Source: an uncultured Bdellovibrionales bacterium (lineage in GTDB: Bacteria; Patescibacteriota; Minisyncoccia; Moranbacterales; UBA1568). Taken from it: a stretch of 64,000 nt of DNA. The stretch is taken from the NCBI GenBank assembly GCA_964384235.1, contig CAYLJX010000001.1:169110-233109 (forward strand), given 5' to 3'. The position numbers and the translations under genes were made by a program. Shown here in pieces: positions 7,030-16,034 of the stretch. The notes below the pieces were generated by a model that was given only the letters and a program-made list of their open reading frames with translations, did not search any database and had not been told where the DNA came from. Within the stretch, counting starts at the first letter, position 1. Each line of letters starts with the position of its first letter.

Positions 7030-8091
7030 ATGCTTAAAAAACTCTTGGCGGTCGTGGGGGGAAGCGTCCTGTTATCCGGTTGCAGTCTCAGCGTGCCGGT
7101 GCCGGGAGGGGGAGGTGGAGGGAGTCTCTGGAAATCCTCCGATGCGGGCAAGACGTTCGAGCCCAAGGTGACGGTCGATGAGAAGCGCAGGATCACGTCG
7201 GCGGATACGCTTTCCTTCGTCTTTCATCCGACGGATCCGCAGATCATCTACCTGGGAGCGCTCGAGAGCGGCCTTTTCAAGACGACCGACGGAGCTGAGC
7301 ACTGGACGCCGCTCGAATTCCCTCCGACCAAGATCTACGGGCTGACGATCGACCAGCAGAACGGCGACCGGTTGTTCGCGAGCGGTATCTATGAAAAAGT
7401 CGGCAAGATCTACCGGACCGAGGATGCCGGAGCAAATTGGACGGAAGTCTATGCCGAACCGGGACCGGGAAGCGTCATCACGGCACTTGTCTCCCATCCT
7501 GATCGTCCGTCGGTACTTTATGCCGGGACGAGCAACGGCGTCGTCATCAAGAGTGTGGATGCCGGTGTATCATGGGAGAATGTCGCGACAGCCAAAGGAC
7601 CCGTGACCAAGATTCTCATCCCGCGCGGAGCAGGGGAAAAGGTAGTGCTCCTGGTCTTCGGCAAGGGGACGATGGTTTCGGAGAACGGCGGTGGATCCTG
7701 GACGGAACACTTCGCCGCCATATCTCTCCCACAGACAGGGGAGGATACGGCGCCACAACCGGACACCATCTCGAATATCATCACGGATGTCCGTTCCGGT
7801 GCGCTCTATGCCGCCGCCAAGAACGGGGTCTTCCGCAGTCGGGACAGCGGTAAGACGTGGGAGAGTCTTCCGATCATTGAGAGTTCGCGCAAGTTCCCGG
7901 TCCGATCGGTCGCGGTCAATCCGGTGAATGGCAACGAGATCGTCTATGTCTCCGGCGCGACGTTTTACAAGTCCGTCGACGGCGGGACCAACTGGTCGAC
8001 CACGCAGCTCGCTATCGATCGCGGGGTGAGCGTCCTGGAATACCAGCCGGGAGCACCGGACACGCTCTATCTCGGATTGCGGAAATTCTAG
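7030..8091 (+). CDS. Lipoprotein with seven BNR/Asp-box repeats (predicted 7-bladed beta-propeller; sialidase/Ycf48-like fold)
   Basis: Lipobox LLSGC after the signal peptide; seven S-x-D-x-G-x-(T/S)-W/F repeats (SSDAGKTF, TTDGAEHW, TEDAGANW, SVDAGVSW, SENGGGSW, SRDSGKTW, SVDGGTNW). Confidence 0.75.
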   Translation: MLKKLLAVVGGSVLLSGCSLSVPVPGGGGGGSLWKSSDAGKTFEPKVTVDEKRRITSADTLSFVFHPTDPQIIYLGALESGLFKTTDGAEHWTPLEFPPTKIYGLTIDQQNGDRLFASGIYEKVGKIYRTEDAGANWTEVYAEPGPGSVITALVSHPDRPSVLYAGTSNGVVIKSVDAGVSWENVATAKGPVTKILIPRGAGEKVVLLVFGKGTMVSENGGGSWTEHFAAISLPQTGEDTAPQPDTISNIITDVRSGALYAAAKNGVFRSRDSGKTWESLPIIESSRKFPVRSVAVNPVNGNEIVYVSGATFYKSVDGGTNWSTTQLAIDRGVSVLEYQPGAPDTLYLGLRKF

Positions 8092-8128
8092 CCGACGGAT
8101 ATACTTAAGTGAAGTTAAACGAACACCT

Positions 8129-8686
8129 ATGGTCAAGGAACTGATGGATGCGAAACGGGAAGATTTTGAGAAAGCGGTGGATCACTTTGCCGGCGAGGCG
8201 GCCAAACTGCGCACCGGCCGGGCCAATCCCGCCCTCGTGGAAGGATTGATGGTGGACTACTACGGAACCCGCACACCGCTCAAGCAGATGGCGAGTATCA
8301 CCGTCCCGGAAGCTCGTCAGATCGCCATCTCGCCCTGGGACAAGGGGAGCCTTGCATTGATCGAATCGGCCATCCGGGAGTCCGATCTCGGTCTCAATCC
8401 CGTGAACGACGGGCAGCTTCTTCGTATCACGCTCCCGGCCCTGACCGAAGAGCGGCGCAGGGACCTAGTCAAGGCGCTCAACAGCCGGGCCGAGGAAGGC
8501 CGTATCGCCATCCGTACCATCCGCGAGGAGATCTGGAAAGAGATCCAGGAGATGGAAAAGGAAGGCATGATCGGCGAGGATGACAAGTTCTCCGGCAAGG
8601 ACGAGCTCCAGAAAATCGTCGACGAGTACAACGCCAAGATCGAATCGCTTCGGGAAAAGAAAGAAGAAGAAATACTCACGGTGTAA
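8129..8686 (+). CDS. frr: Ribosome recycling factor
   Basis: 185 aa with typical RRF sequence (RTGRANPALVEGLMVDYYG..., LNPVNDGQLLRITLP). Confidence 0.93.
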   Translation: MVKELMDAKREDFEKAVDHFAGEAAKLRTGRANPALVEGLMVDYYGTRTPLKQMASITVPEARQIAISPWDKGSLALIESAIRESDLGLNPVNDGQLLRITLPALTEERRRDLVKALNSRAEEGRIAIRTIREEIWKEIQEMEKEGMIGEDDKFSGKDELQKIVDEYNAKIESLREKKEEEILTV

Positions 8687-8786
8687 GATGATGTATGCTG
8701 TATGAGATATGGATCGTTCAGAAAATAAGGTCTCTGTTTTCGTAAATCATACATCCTGATTCATATCTCATATCTCAACAGACCCT

Positions 8787-9938
8787 ATGCTCACCATCCT
8801 CATCTTCATCGTCCTTCTCGGTCTCCTCGTTTTCGTCCATGAGCTCGGGCATTTCCTGACGGCCAAGTGGAACGGGATCAAGGCCGACGAGTTCGGGTTC
8901 GGCTTCCCGCCGCGCCTCATCGGCGTGGTCAAGAACGATCAGACCGGCAAGTACGACATCGTCTGGGGCGGCAAGGACGTGACGAGTCGGAACACCATCT
9001 ACTCGCTCAACTGGATCCCTCTCGGCGGTTTCGTTCGCATCAAGGGCGAGGACGGAAGCGGGACGAACGATCCGGAGAGTTTCGCCGGACGACCGGCCTG
9101 GACTCGGATCAAGGTGCTCGGTGCCGGGGTGTTTATGAACTTCGTCCTGGCCTGGGTGCTCATCTCGATCGTGTTCGCTCTCGGACTTCCGCAGCCGATC
9201 GACTCGAGCGAGCGTGCGAAGTATCCCGATGCCAAGATTCAGATCCTCGATGTGAAGAAGGGGACACCCGCGGAAACGATGGGTCTCAAGCTCGGTGATG
9301 AGGTGGTCAAAGTCGCCGGGAAGAAACCGGAGAGTCTCGATATGGTGCGCGAAGAGATCCTTGCTCACAAGGGGCAGCCGATCATGATGGAAGTGAACCG
9401 TCTCGGACAGACTATGACACTCACCGGGACACCCCGTGTCGATTATCCGTCCAACGAAGGCAGTCTCGGCATTTCCTTTTCCGAGACAGCGATCGTCTCG
9501 TACCCGTGGTATGAGGCCCTCTATCGTGGCCTCGTGGCGACCTATGACATCACGCTGGCTATTCTCGCCGCCTTTGGCAAGATGATCGCCGGACTTTTCG
9601 GCGCCGAAAAAGTCCCGGTCGACGTGACCGGTCCGGTCGGCATCGTCTATCTCACCAAGCAGATGAGCGATCTTGGGTTGCCGTATCTCTTGCAGTTCGC
9701 GGCGCTCCTCTCTATCAACCTCGGCATCATCAACATCCTTCCTATCCCGGCGCTTGACGGCGGCCGCATCCTCTTCGTCCTCATCGAAAAGCTCAAGGGC
9801 TCGCCTGTGAGCCAGCGCGTGGAGGGAATGATCCACCAGGTCGGCTTCATGCTCCTTCTCCTGCTCATGCTTCTCATCACTGTCCGAGATTTCTCCCAGT
9901 TCAAGATCCTGGAAAAAATCACGAATCTGTTTACCTAA
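8787..9938 (+). CDS. rseP: RIP metalloprotease RseP (site-2 protease, M50 family) with PDZ domain
   Basis: HELGHF zinc motif in TM1, a PDZ region (GDEVVKVAGK...), and the LDGG motif near the C-terminus. Confidence 0.9.
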   Translation: MLTILIFIVLLGLLVFVHELGHFLTAKWNGIKADEFGFGFPPRLIGVVKNDQTGKYDIVWGGKDVTSRNTIYSLNWIPLGGFVRIKGEDGSGTNDPESFAGRPAWTRIKVLGAGVFMNFVLAWVLISIVFALGLPQPIDSSERAKYPDAKIQILDVKKGTPAETMGLKLGDEVVKVAGKKPESLDMVREEILAHKGQPIMMEVNRLGQTMTLTGTPRVDYPSNEGSLGISFSETAIVSYPWYEALYRGLVATYDITLAILAAFGKMIAGLFGAEKVPVDVTGPVGIVYLTKQMSDLGLPYLLQFAALLSINLGIINILPIPALDGGRILFVLIEKLKGSPVSQRVEGMIHQVGFMLLLLLMLLITVRDFSQFKILEKITNLFT

Positions 9939-9961
9939 AAGACGGTTTTTTGGCAGCGAAA

Positions 9962-9988
9962 AGTCCCTTGAAAGAGGGACTTTTTTCG
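9962..9988 (+). terminator. Rho-independent terminator after rseP
   Basis: AGTCCCT-TGAAAG-AGGGACT followed by TTTTTTCG. Confidence 0.7.
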
Positions 9989-10000
9989 TTCGTACGACTC

Positions 10001-10029
10001 TTGACAGGTGCACGATTTTTTGGTACTAT
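10001..10029 (+). promoter_or_regulatory. sigma70-type promoter (TTGACA-17-TACTAT) of the envelope polysaccharide cluster
   Basis: TTGACA at 10001-10006, TACTAT at 10024-10029, about 36 nt upstream of the ATG at 10066. Confidence 0.6.
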
Positions 10030-10065
10030 ACTCCGTTACTCTTTTTAACGATGTAAAGCCTTATT

Positions 10066-10704
10066 ATGGCGAATTTTTCCCTTATCGAGATCGCCCGCGA
10101 ACGGGCCGGATCGCTTGTCTTGTCCGGGCTTCTTTTGGCGGCACTCGGCTTCGTTTCGCTTCTTTTCTTCGGGGCGCGCTACGAGGTGCGGACGGATTTT
10201 CTCGTCAGTCAGGAAGAGGCCGGGACCAAGGATTACTACACGCTCGCCCGTTCGTCCGAATACATGGGTAAGCTCCTCGGCGAGGTGGTCTACAGCGAGC
10301 GCTTCATTGCGGCGGTCGTCGATACCGGCAAGGTGGGGAGCGAATTCCTTCCCTTCGACAAGACCGCCCGCCTCAAGGAATGGCAGCGGATGGTCAAGGT
10401 ACAGAAAGAGCTCGACCTCGGCATCATCAAGGTGACCGTCTTCGGTGACAATGCCAAGGACGCGCAGAAAGTCTCCGCGGCCATCGCTCAGGTCTTGAGC
10501 GAGAAGAACGGCCAGTTCCTCGGAACCGGTGACAAGAATATCCCCGTGAGCATCCTTTCGGGACCGATCGCCGAACGCAATCCTTCCTTCAAGGAAATCG
10601 TTTCCGTCACAGCAGGCGGGTTCCTGTTCGGAATCCTTCTCTCCCTCCTGGTCTTCTTCATGCGCTACGAAGTCTTCCGCAAGGAAGTGCCGTACGAAGT
10701 GTAA
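10066..10704 (+). CDS. Wzz / polysaccharide co-polymerase (chain-length determinant)-like membrane protein
   Basis: N- and C-terminal TM helices flank a soluble domain; this architecture and sequence flavour are shared with the CDS at 22475 (paralog). Confidence 0.5.
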   Translation: MANFSLIEIARERAGSLVLSGLLLAALGFVSLLFFGARYEVRTDFLVSQEEAGTKDYYTLARSSEYMGKLLGEVVYSERFIAAVVDTGKVGSEFLPFDKTARLKEWQRMVKVQKELDLGIIKVTVFGDNAKDAQKVSAAIAQVLSEKNGQFLGTGDKNIPVSILSGPIAERNPSFKEIVSVTAGGFLFGILLSLLVFFMRYEVFRKEVPYEV

Positions 10705-10821
10705 GCTTCGACTTTCTCGTCTTCGGGGGAAATCCTTCTCCCCAAGCGAGAGAGCCGGGAACGGTTCTCTTGTTATTTGAAAATTCAGTCTTACTAACGC
10801 AGTACAGAAAAGGAGATTGCC

Positions 10822-11715
10822 ATGTCCAGACTCGGATGTGTTTTGTTGTTTCTGGTGCTTACCCTCACGGGTTGCGCCACGCCAAACACCATCCGGCTCA
10901 TGGATGGTGGCAAGGACGGAAGAGTGGTGCGAGAAATCGGCATCGACCCGGTGATGTTTTCCGGGTTGCCGTGGAGCGACGACCTCAAGCAGGGGAACTT
11001 CGTGACCCTTTTGGGGAACTTTCCTCAGACGCCCGAAAGCTACGCCGAGTGGGATCCCTTGCGGATCCGATATCAGGCGCATGCGGTCGGGACAGATGGG
11101 AAAGAATACGTCGCTCACGCGCTGTTCGCCGGTTACATCCAGTGTCAACCCCGTTTCTTCGTGTTCGTCGAAGGCTTGCGAAAGCCGACGTCGGACGTGA
11201 AGGTCGTGACGCTTTCGACGCTTCTCGATCGGGCCTACGGGCTCGACGGGCGGCCGATAAAGACATTCGACAGGGGCAAGTTCCAAAGCGATGCCAAGTA
11301 TCGCCAGGAGCTTGTCTCGCGCGAGGGGACGGCCCTGACCGCAGTACGTCAGATCGGTGGCATGGAGCGCGCGTTCGAGAACTGGACCGTCTACCAGACC
11401 AAGTCCGGCCTGATCGCCACCCCGCTTGACCCACAGAGGGTCAGGTTCCTCAGTGGTATCAACCCCCAATATTCCTACTGGGAGAAGGTGGTAGGTACTA
11501 CGAGAGGTGCCGTCAGTCTCGACTACATCGGGACGTCGCTCAATCTCGTGATCGAACTGATCCAAGCCGGCTCGGCGGACTCGAAAGGGTTCGACTATGC
11601 GTCGGTGATGTCTCGGAAGCAGCAGGGATACAACCTCGTGTTCATGGAGGCCCTGCGTACCGAAGGGCAGCGTTCGTGTATGACGGCCATCGCCGCGGAA
11701 AGGAGAAAGCCATGA
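10822..11715 (+). CDS. Lipoprotein, function unknown
   Basis: Signal peptide with lipobox LTGC; SD AAAGGAG 8 nt upstream. Confidence 0.6.
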   Translation: MSRLGCVLLFLVLTLTGCATPNTIRLMDGGKDGRVVREIGIDPVMFSGLPWSDDLKQGNFVTLLGNFPQTPESYAEWDPLRIRYQAHAVGTDGKEYVAHALFAGYIQCQPRFFVFVEGLRKPTSDVKVVTLSTLLDRAYGLDGRPIKTFDRGKFQSDAKYRQELVSREGTALTAVRQIGGMERAFENWTVYQTKSGLIATPLDPQRVRFLSGINPQYSYWEKVVGTTRGAVSLDYIGTSLNLVIELIQAGSADSKGFDYASVMSRKQQGYNLVFMEALRTEGQRSCMTAIAAERRKP

Positions 11716-11779
11716 GGCTGTTTCATCAACTGGAACCGCCATGGTGGCGGCTCCGAATTCTCAACGAAAGGAGAGAGCC

Positions 11780-13633
11780 ATGAGTGAACTGACTGGCGAC
11801 ATGCTCCGTTCTCCTGGACAATCAGGGAACGGTCGGCGGAAGACTGTCAGGAACATTTTCCTGGCGGCTCTGCTGCTTCTCGTAATGGGCGGGCTCGCCT
11901 ATCTGTATTGGCCTCAGGTCAAGAAAGGTGGGAGCGAGCTCTTCGAGCGGGTGTCACAGGTATTCTCAGGTAAGCCGCAAGGCAAGCCTCTGCAACCTGT
12001 GGTTCTCGCTGTCAACCTTACACAGGCCGAGGAAACGAAACCTGATCTACCGGCGGCGGAAGCCGATAAGGCTGAAGCGCCGGCTCCGGCAGATAGCAAG
12101 TATGTCGTCCGCGAGGGCGATACGCTCGGAGTCTTGTTCGGCAGGAACGCGAAAGCGGTGTGTGAGTTGAACAAGCTCGCAAACTGCGATCGTATCGTGC
12201 CGGACCAGGTGCTCAAGCTTCCCGAAGGTGTCGAGGCCAAGACCGGGACGCAAGTCCGTGTGTCGAAGCCGAAGCCCAAGCGGGTAAGCTCGGCGTTTGT
12301 CACCAAACCAAAAGTCGCGAAAGCGGCTCCGACCGAACCCGGTGTTTTCTACTGGAAGAAAGTTGGTGGTGCACCCCTCAAGGGGTGCGGCGGTAAGGAT
12401 GACGAGACTCTCAACGAGGAAGCCTGGACGAAACTTGGTCTCTCCGACGAGGAGAAGGCTGAACTGCGCGCCAAGGTGGCTCTCGAGAGCTTCGAGCACA
12501 CGTGGTTCAAGCCCGGTATGCGTCTCCCGGCAGTCGCCTTTTGCAAGAAGGGCGAAGTGGTTTTCCGGGAAAACGTGGTGACGGCATGGTCGGAATCGGA
12601 AGTCGTGATCGCAAGGACGTATGTCCTGCACAGCGGCCGACGGCTCCATCATGTCAGGAACTGCAACAACTGGGTGCCGGATGTATCGGTTCCGGTCGCA
12701 CCTGTCGCCGAAGCTGCCCAAGCGGTACCAACCGACGAAGCGGTTCCGACTCCCGCCGAAGAAGCTCCGCCTGCGCCGCCCATCTCGGCCTTCCCCAAGG
12801 AAGACATCGCCGAGTGGGAAGCGATCGTCGGGGCCGGCGTGTGGGACAACAAGCTCGCACACGGTAACTGGCGGTACGGCGAGGCGGCCCTGATGGCGAT
12901 TCTGCCTGACGGGTACCGTCTCGGTGGCGGCGTATACGGTATGTGGGGCGGCGGGTCGAGCGACACGTCGGACTACTCCTGGCGCGAACGCGGTTACGGA
13001 CCCCAAGTCGTGCTCAAAAAGAATTTCCTTCGAGAGCAGACGGACGAGTTCGGACAGAGCGTGCTTCTGCCGGCCATGTGGGGCCTCAAGCTCCGCTATA
13101 TCCCGAACGACCACGTGCATGGCAGCAATCCGGTTTCCGGGTATGCCAACACGCAGGACGGGAAGAAACTGGGTCTCTACGCCGAGTATCTCGCGCGGAC
13201 GAGTCCGGATTGGCTGTTGGGAATCACCGGCGAGGTGTGGCACAGTTTCGACCGCCGCATCAAGTCGACATGGTCCGGTGACAAGCCGCAAGACCGCGGA
13301 TCGCTCGCATTCAACCTGTTCCAGCAGTACCGCATCAACGACAACTGGCAGGTGAGGTTCGTCGAAGGCGCATCCCATCAGAACTGGGACAAGCTCAACT
13401 TCCTCAACCTGCACGCCGAAGCGCGGTACCAGGAAACGTTCATGTTCGGACCGCGGATCTCGTTCGCGCTCAACAAGCCGGATGCGTACAAGAACGTCGC
13501 TCGGGGTGACCTGACGACGATCGGCGCGTTTGTGCGGGCTGAGTTCGGCGACACCTTCCGCACGTGGGATCGCAAGTATCGCGAGAGCACGGTGCAACAG
13601 GTGGGACCGGTGTCCGAGCAGCAAAACGAATGA
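11780..13633 (+). CDS. Membrane-anchored LysM-domain protein with a large C-terminal domain of alternating hydrophobic/aromatic pattern
   Basis: LysM motif (YVVREGDTLGVLFG...NKLANCDRIVPDQVLKLP); N-terminal TM; SD AGGAGAG before the ATG at 11780. The longer track ORF starting 11741 lacks an RBS. Confidence 0.7.
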   Translation: MSELTGDMLRSPGQSGNGRRKTVRNIFLAALLLLVMGGLAYLYWPQVKKGGSELFERVSQVFSGKPQGKPLQPVVLAVNLTQAEETKPDLPAAEADKAEAPAPADSKYVVREGDTLGVLFGRNAKAVCELNKLANCDRIVPDQVLKLPEGVEAKTGTQVRVSKPKPKRVSSAFVTKPKVAKAAPTEPGVFYWKKVGGAPLKGCGGKDDETLNEEAWTKLGLSDEEKAELRAKVALESFEHTWFKPGMRLPAVAFCKKGEVVFRENVVTAWSESEVVIARTYVLHSGRRLHHVRNCNNWVPDVSVPVAPVAEAAQAVPTDEAVPTPAEEAPPAPPISAFPKEDIAEWEAIVGAGVWDNKLAHGNWRYGEAALMAILPDGYRLGGGVYGMWGGGSSDTSDYSWRERGYGPQVVLKKNFLREQTDEFGQSVLLPAMWGLKLRYIPNDHVHGSNPVSGYANTQDGKKLGLYAEYLARTSPDWLLGITGEVWHSFDRRIKSTWSGDKPQDRGSLAFNLFQQYRINDNWQVRFVEGASHQNWDKLNFLNLHAEARYQETFMFGPRISFALNKPDAYKNVARGDLTTIGAFVRAEFGDTFRTWDRKYRESTVQQVGPVSEQQNE

Positions 13634-13763
13634 CATGCGCTGCGTACGGCTCGAAAGAGTCTCTTCAGTAAGACTGGATAAAAAGGCTACTCGCGTGAAT
13701 ATACCGCGAAGTGGTGGGCATGAAGACGATTCGGAAATCCGAGTCGGACGCACAGCAATTCCT

Positions 13764-13810
13764 AACGGGCAGATACCTTGAAACTAAGGACTGCCCGTTT
13801 GATTTTTCTA
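13764..13810 (+). terminator. Rho-independent terminator after the LysM gene
   Basis: AACGGGCAG ... CTGCCCGTT followed by TGATTTTTCT. Confidence 0.6.
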
Positions 13811-13833
13811 AGGCTTTTTTGGGTATCTTACCC

Positions 13834-13861
13834 TTGACATTTTTATGAAAACATGTATACT
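13834..13861 (+). promoter_or_regulatory. Strong sigma70-type promoter (TTGACA-16-TATACT)
   Basis: Near-identical 30-bp promoter sequence recurs at 14501-14529. Confidence 0.65.
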
Positions 13862-13969
13862 GGTATGTTCGCTTGTAATATATTAAGCGGGCACTGGTTC
13901 GTTAAGTGTAGTTCAACCCGCGTCCTCGGCTGCTCGCCGAGACGTCAACCACCTCACAAGGAGGGCACC

Positions 13970-14440
13970 ATGAGCAAGACTCTGAATCTGAGCAATACCT
14001 CGGCCATGCTGTTCGTTTTCGGTCTGATCATCCTTACCTTTCTGATGATCCGTCCGGCCCACGCCGACTTCAGCAAGGACACACACCAGGTTCCGCCGAC
14101 GGCCACCATGACGGCCACGAAAGACGCGAATGGCAATGTGATGATCATCTGGACCGACCCGCTCAAGGTCACCAAGGTTCAGCATTACATCGGCCATGGT
14201 CGCAAGGGCGGCTTCATCAAGGACATCCAGGTGGGTGCCGAGAAGAAGGTGGTCCTCGCCGACATCGCCAAGAACGGTGGCCGGTTCAACGTCGTGACCG
14301 AGAATGGGAAGTTTCTCCACCTCGAATGCGGCGGCAACACCGAGACCGTCATGCCCAAGTTCGTCGGCATGAAGGTCGATTGCAGCTACCATGGCAAGGA
14401 CGGCAACGGCCCCGCCGAAGGCGCGCTCGTCGTCGAGTGA
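13970..14440 (+). CDS. Small secreted protein (signal peptide), unknown function
   Basis: SD AAGGAGGG 7 nt upstream of the ATG at 13970; hydrophobic signal peptide MLFVFGLIILTFLMIRPAHA. The upstream portion of track ORF 13853.. overlaps the promoter. Confidence 0.65.
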   Translation: MSKTLNLSNTSAMLFVFGLIILTFLMIRPAHADFSKDTHQVPPTATMTATKDANGNVMIIWTDPLKVTKVQHYIGHGRKGGFIKDIQVGAEKKVVLADIAKNGGRFNVVTENGKFLHLECGGNTETVMPKFVGMKVDCSYHGKDGNGPAEGALVVE

Positions 14441-14468
14441 CCCTCCGCCGGCCTGAATAGGCCATTCG

Positions 14469-14502
14469 AAGCCCCAGTTTCCATAACCGGATCCTGGGGC
14501 TT
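14469..14502 (+). terminator. Rho-independent terminator
   Basis: AAGCCCCAG ... CTGGGGCTT followed by TACATTTTTAT. Confidence 0.6.
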
Positions 14503-14529
14503 TACATTTTTATAAAAACGTGCTATACT
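14501..14529 (+). promoter_or_regulatory. sigma70-type promoter (TTTACA-17-TATACT), a duplicate of the promoter at 13834
   Basis: TTTACAtttttataaaaacgtgcTATACT versus TTGACAtttttatgaaaacatgTATACT. Confidence 0.6.
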
Positions 14530-14558
14530 ATCAGGTTTTGAAATATGACAGACCAAGT

Positions 14559-16034
14559 ATGTCGAAACATCACAAACTTGAAAGTACCGTGCTCGGATTC
14601 CTTGTCTTTTTGCTCGGAATCAACGTGTTTTTGAATGCGGCGTACGGGTTCGTACTGCCGGTATTCTTGGCGACGGTGCCGGTCGCGGGAGTCCTTTCGT
14701 TTTTCTTTCCGCAGGCGGGATTCTTCGCGGTGCTTGTCATGACCGTCTTCTTCGAGCGTTTCTTCACCCTCTCGCCGGTGATCATCGGAGAGCAAGTGTT
14801 CAAGCTCTACCCGCTTGATGTCATCCTCGTTGCTATTTTCTGTTCATGGCTTCTGTCTTTTCTCAAGGAGGGGAGAAACTTTTTCCGCTTCCGAAGTTTC
14901 GATAACTGGCTTCTCGGTTTTTTCGCATTCGTTTCCGTTTTGTTCCTTGCTGCGCTCTCGTGGGGGGATACGGACACGGCGGTCGCGTTCAGCACGTGGA
15001 AGAACTATGTGTTCTACGGTTTTTCGGTGTTCTTCCTCGCTGGGACGGTACGAAGCAAAGAAGATCTCTTCGCTCTCGGGAAACTGTTCCTGACAAGCGT
15101 CGCGGCGGCGAGCGTGTTTCTCCTTATTGGAATCATCCGCGGAGAGGGCCTGTGGACGGAATTTACGCCGCTCTCCACGCCGGGAGTGCGTTTCCTCGCA
15201 TTCCCGCACGCCTTCTATTTTTCGCTCGCGCTCATCACGCTTCTGTTTTCTCTGCCACTTTGGCTCAAAAAAGACGGGGTACGTCCGTCATCTCGTCTGG
15301 TGTTTTTCGTGAGCGTGCTCGCGCTCGGGGTCGTGGGATCGCTCATGCGTCACCTCTGGCTCGGAATCGGAGCGACCATTCTCATGGGCCTTATCCTGTC
15401 TCCGATGGTGTTTGGCAAGAGACTCGTTTCTTTGTCTCTGAAATTTGTTTTTCCTTTGTTTCTCATCCTCTCGGCGGCGTGGTTCGTACTTGCGATCTTT
15501 CCGGAAAGCGAGGCGACGGGAACGGTGGGACACAACCTTGCCGTTATCGGCGAGCGTATCGTTTCCATCGGCAACAGCACTGATGAGAGTCTCGCGTGGC
15601 GCGGAGCGGTCTGGGAGAGCGCGCTCGCGCGGTTCTCGGAGCATCCGTTCTTCGGTATCGGTTTCGGGGCGAGCGTCCCGGTGGAGATGGGGGATTATCG
15701 CCAGTACGTCGAGGTACGGAACATGCACAACTCTTGGCTCGCTCTCCTCATCCAGACCGGTTTCGTCGGATTCGTGCTCCTCGGAGGGTATATTCTCTCG
15801 CTTGTGATCGCACTTCTCCGTATCCGGATCAACGACGATTTTCTCAGATCAGTCCGCTTCGTCCTGTTGGGATTGCTTTTCTTTCAGGGGTTGGTCTTTT
15901 TCTCACAGCCATACCTGGAGACGAACCTTCTGGGTATCTTCTTCTGGATCACACTCGGATTGATGCGTGCAGTCATTAGTTTTACAGGCGTATCGTTTCC
16001 CAAAAATCTTTATGAAGATTCTCGAAGTCAATAA
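14559..16034 (+). CDS. O-antigen ligase / Wzy-like polytopic membrane protein
   Basis: About 12 TM helices with a periplasmic loop (HNSWLALLIQTGFVGF...). The ATG at 14559 is chosen because the GTG at 14520 lies inside the promoter -10. Confidence 0.55.
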   Translation: MSKHHKLESTVLGFLVFLLGINVFLNAAYGFVLPVFLATVPVAGVLSFFFPQAGFFAVLVMTVFFERFFTLSPVIIGEQVFKLYPLDVILVAIFCSWLLSFLKEGRNFFRFRSFDNWLLGFFAFVSVLFLAALSWGDTDTAVAFSTWKNYVFYGFSVFFLAGTVRSKEDLFALGKLFLTSVAAASVFLLIGIIRGEGLWTEFTPLSTPGVRFLAFPHAFYFSLALITLLFSLPLWLKKDGVRPSSRLVFFVSVLALGVVGSLMRHLWLGIGATILMGLILSPMVFGKRLVSLSLKFVFPLFLILSAAWFVLAIFPESEATGTVGHNLAVIGERIVSIGNSTDESLAWRGAVWESALARFSEHPFFGIGFGASVPVEMGDYRQYVEVRNMHNSWLALLIQTGFVGFVLLGGYILSLVIALLRIRINDDFLRSVRFVLLGLLFFQGLVFFSQPYLETNLLGIFFWITLGLMRAVISFTGVSFPKNLYEDSRSQ

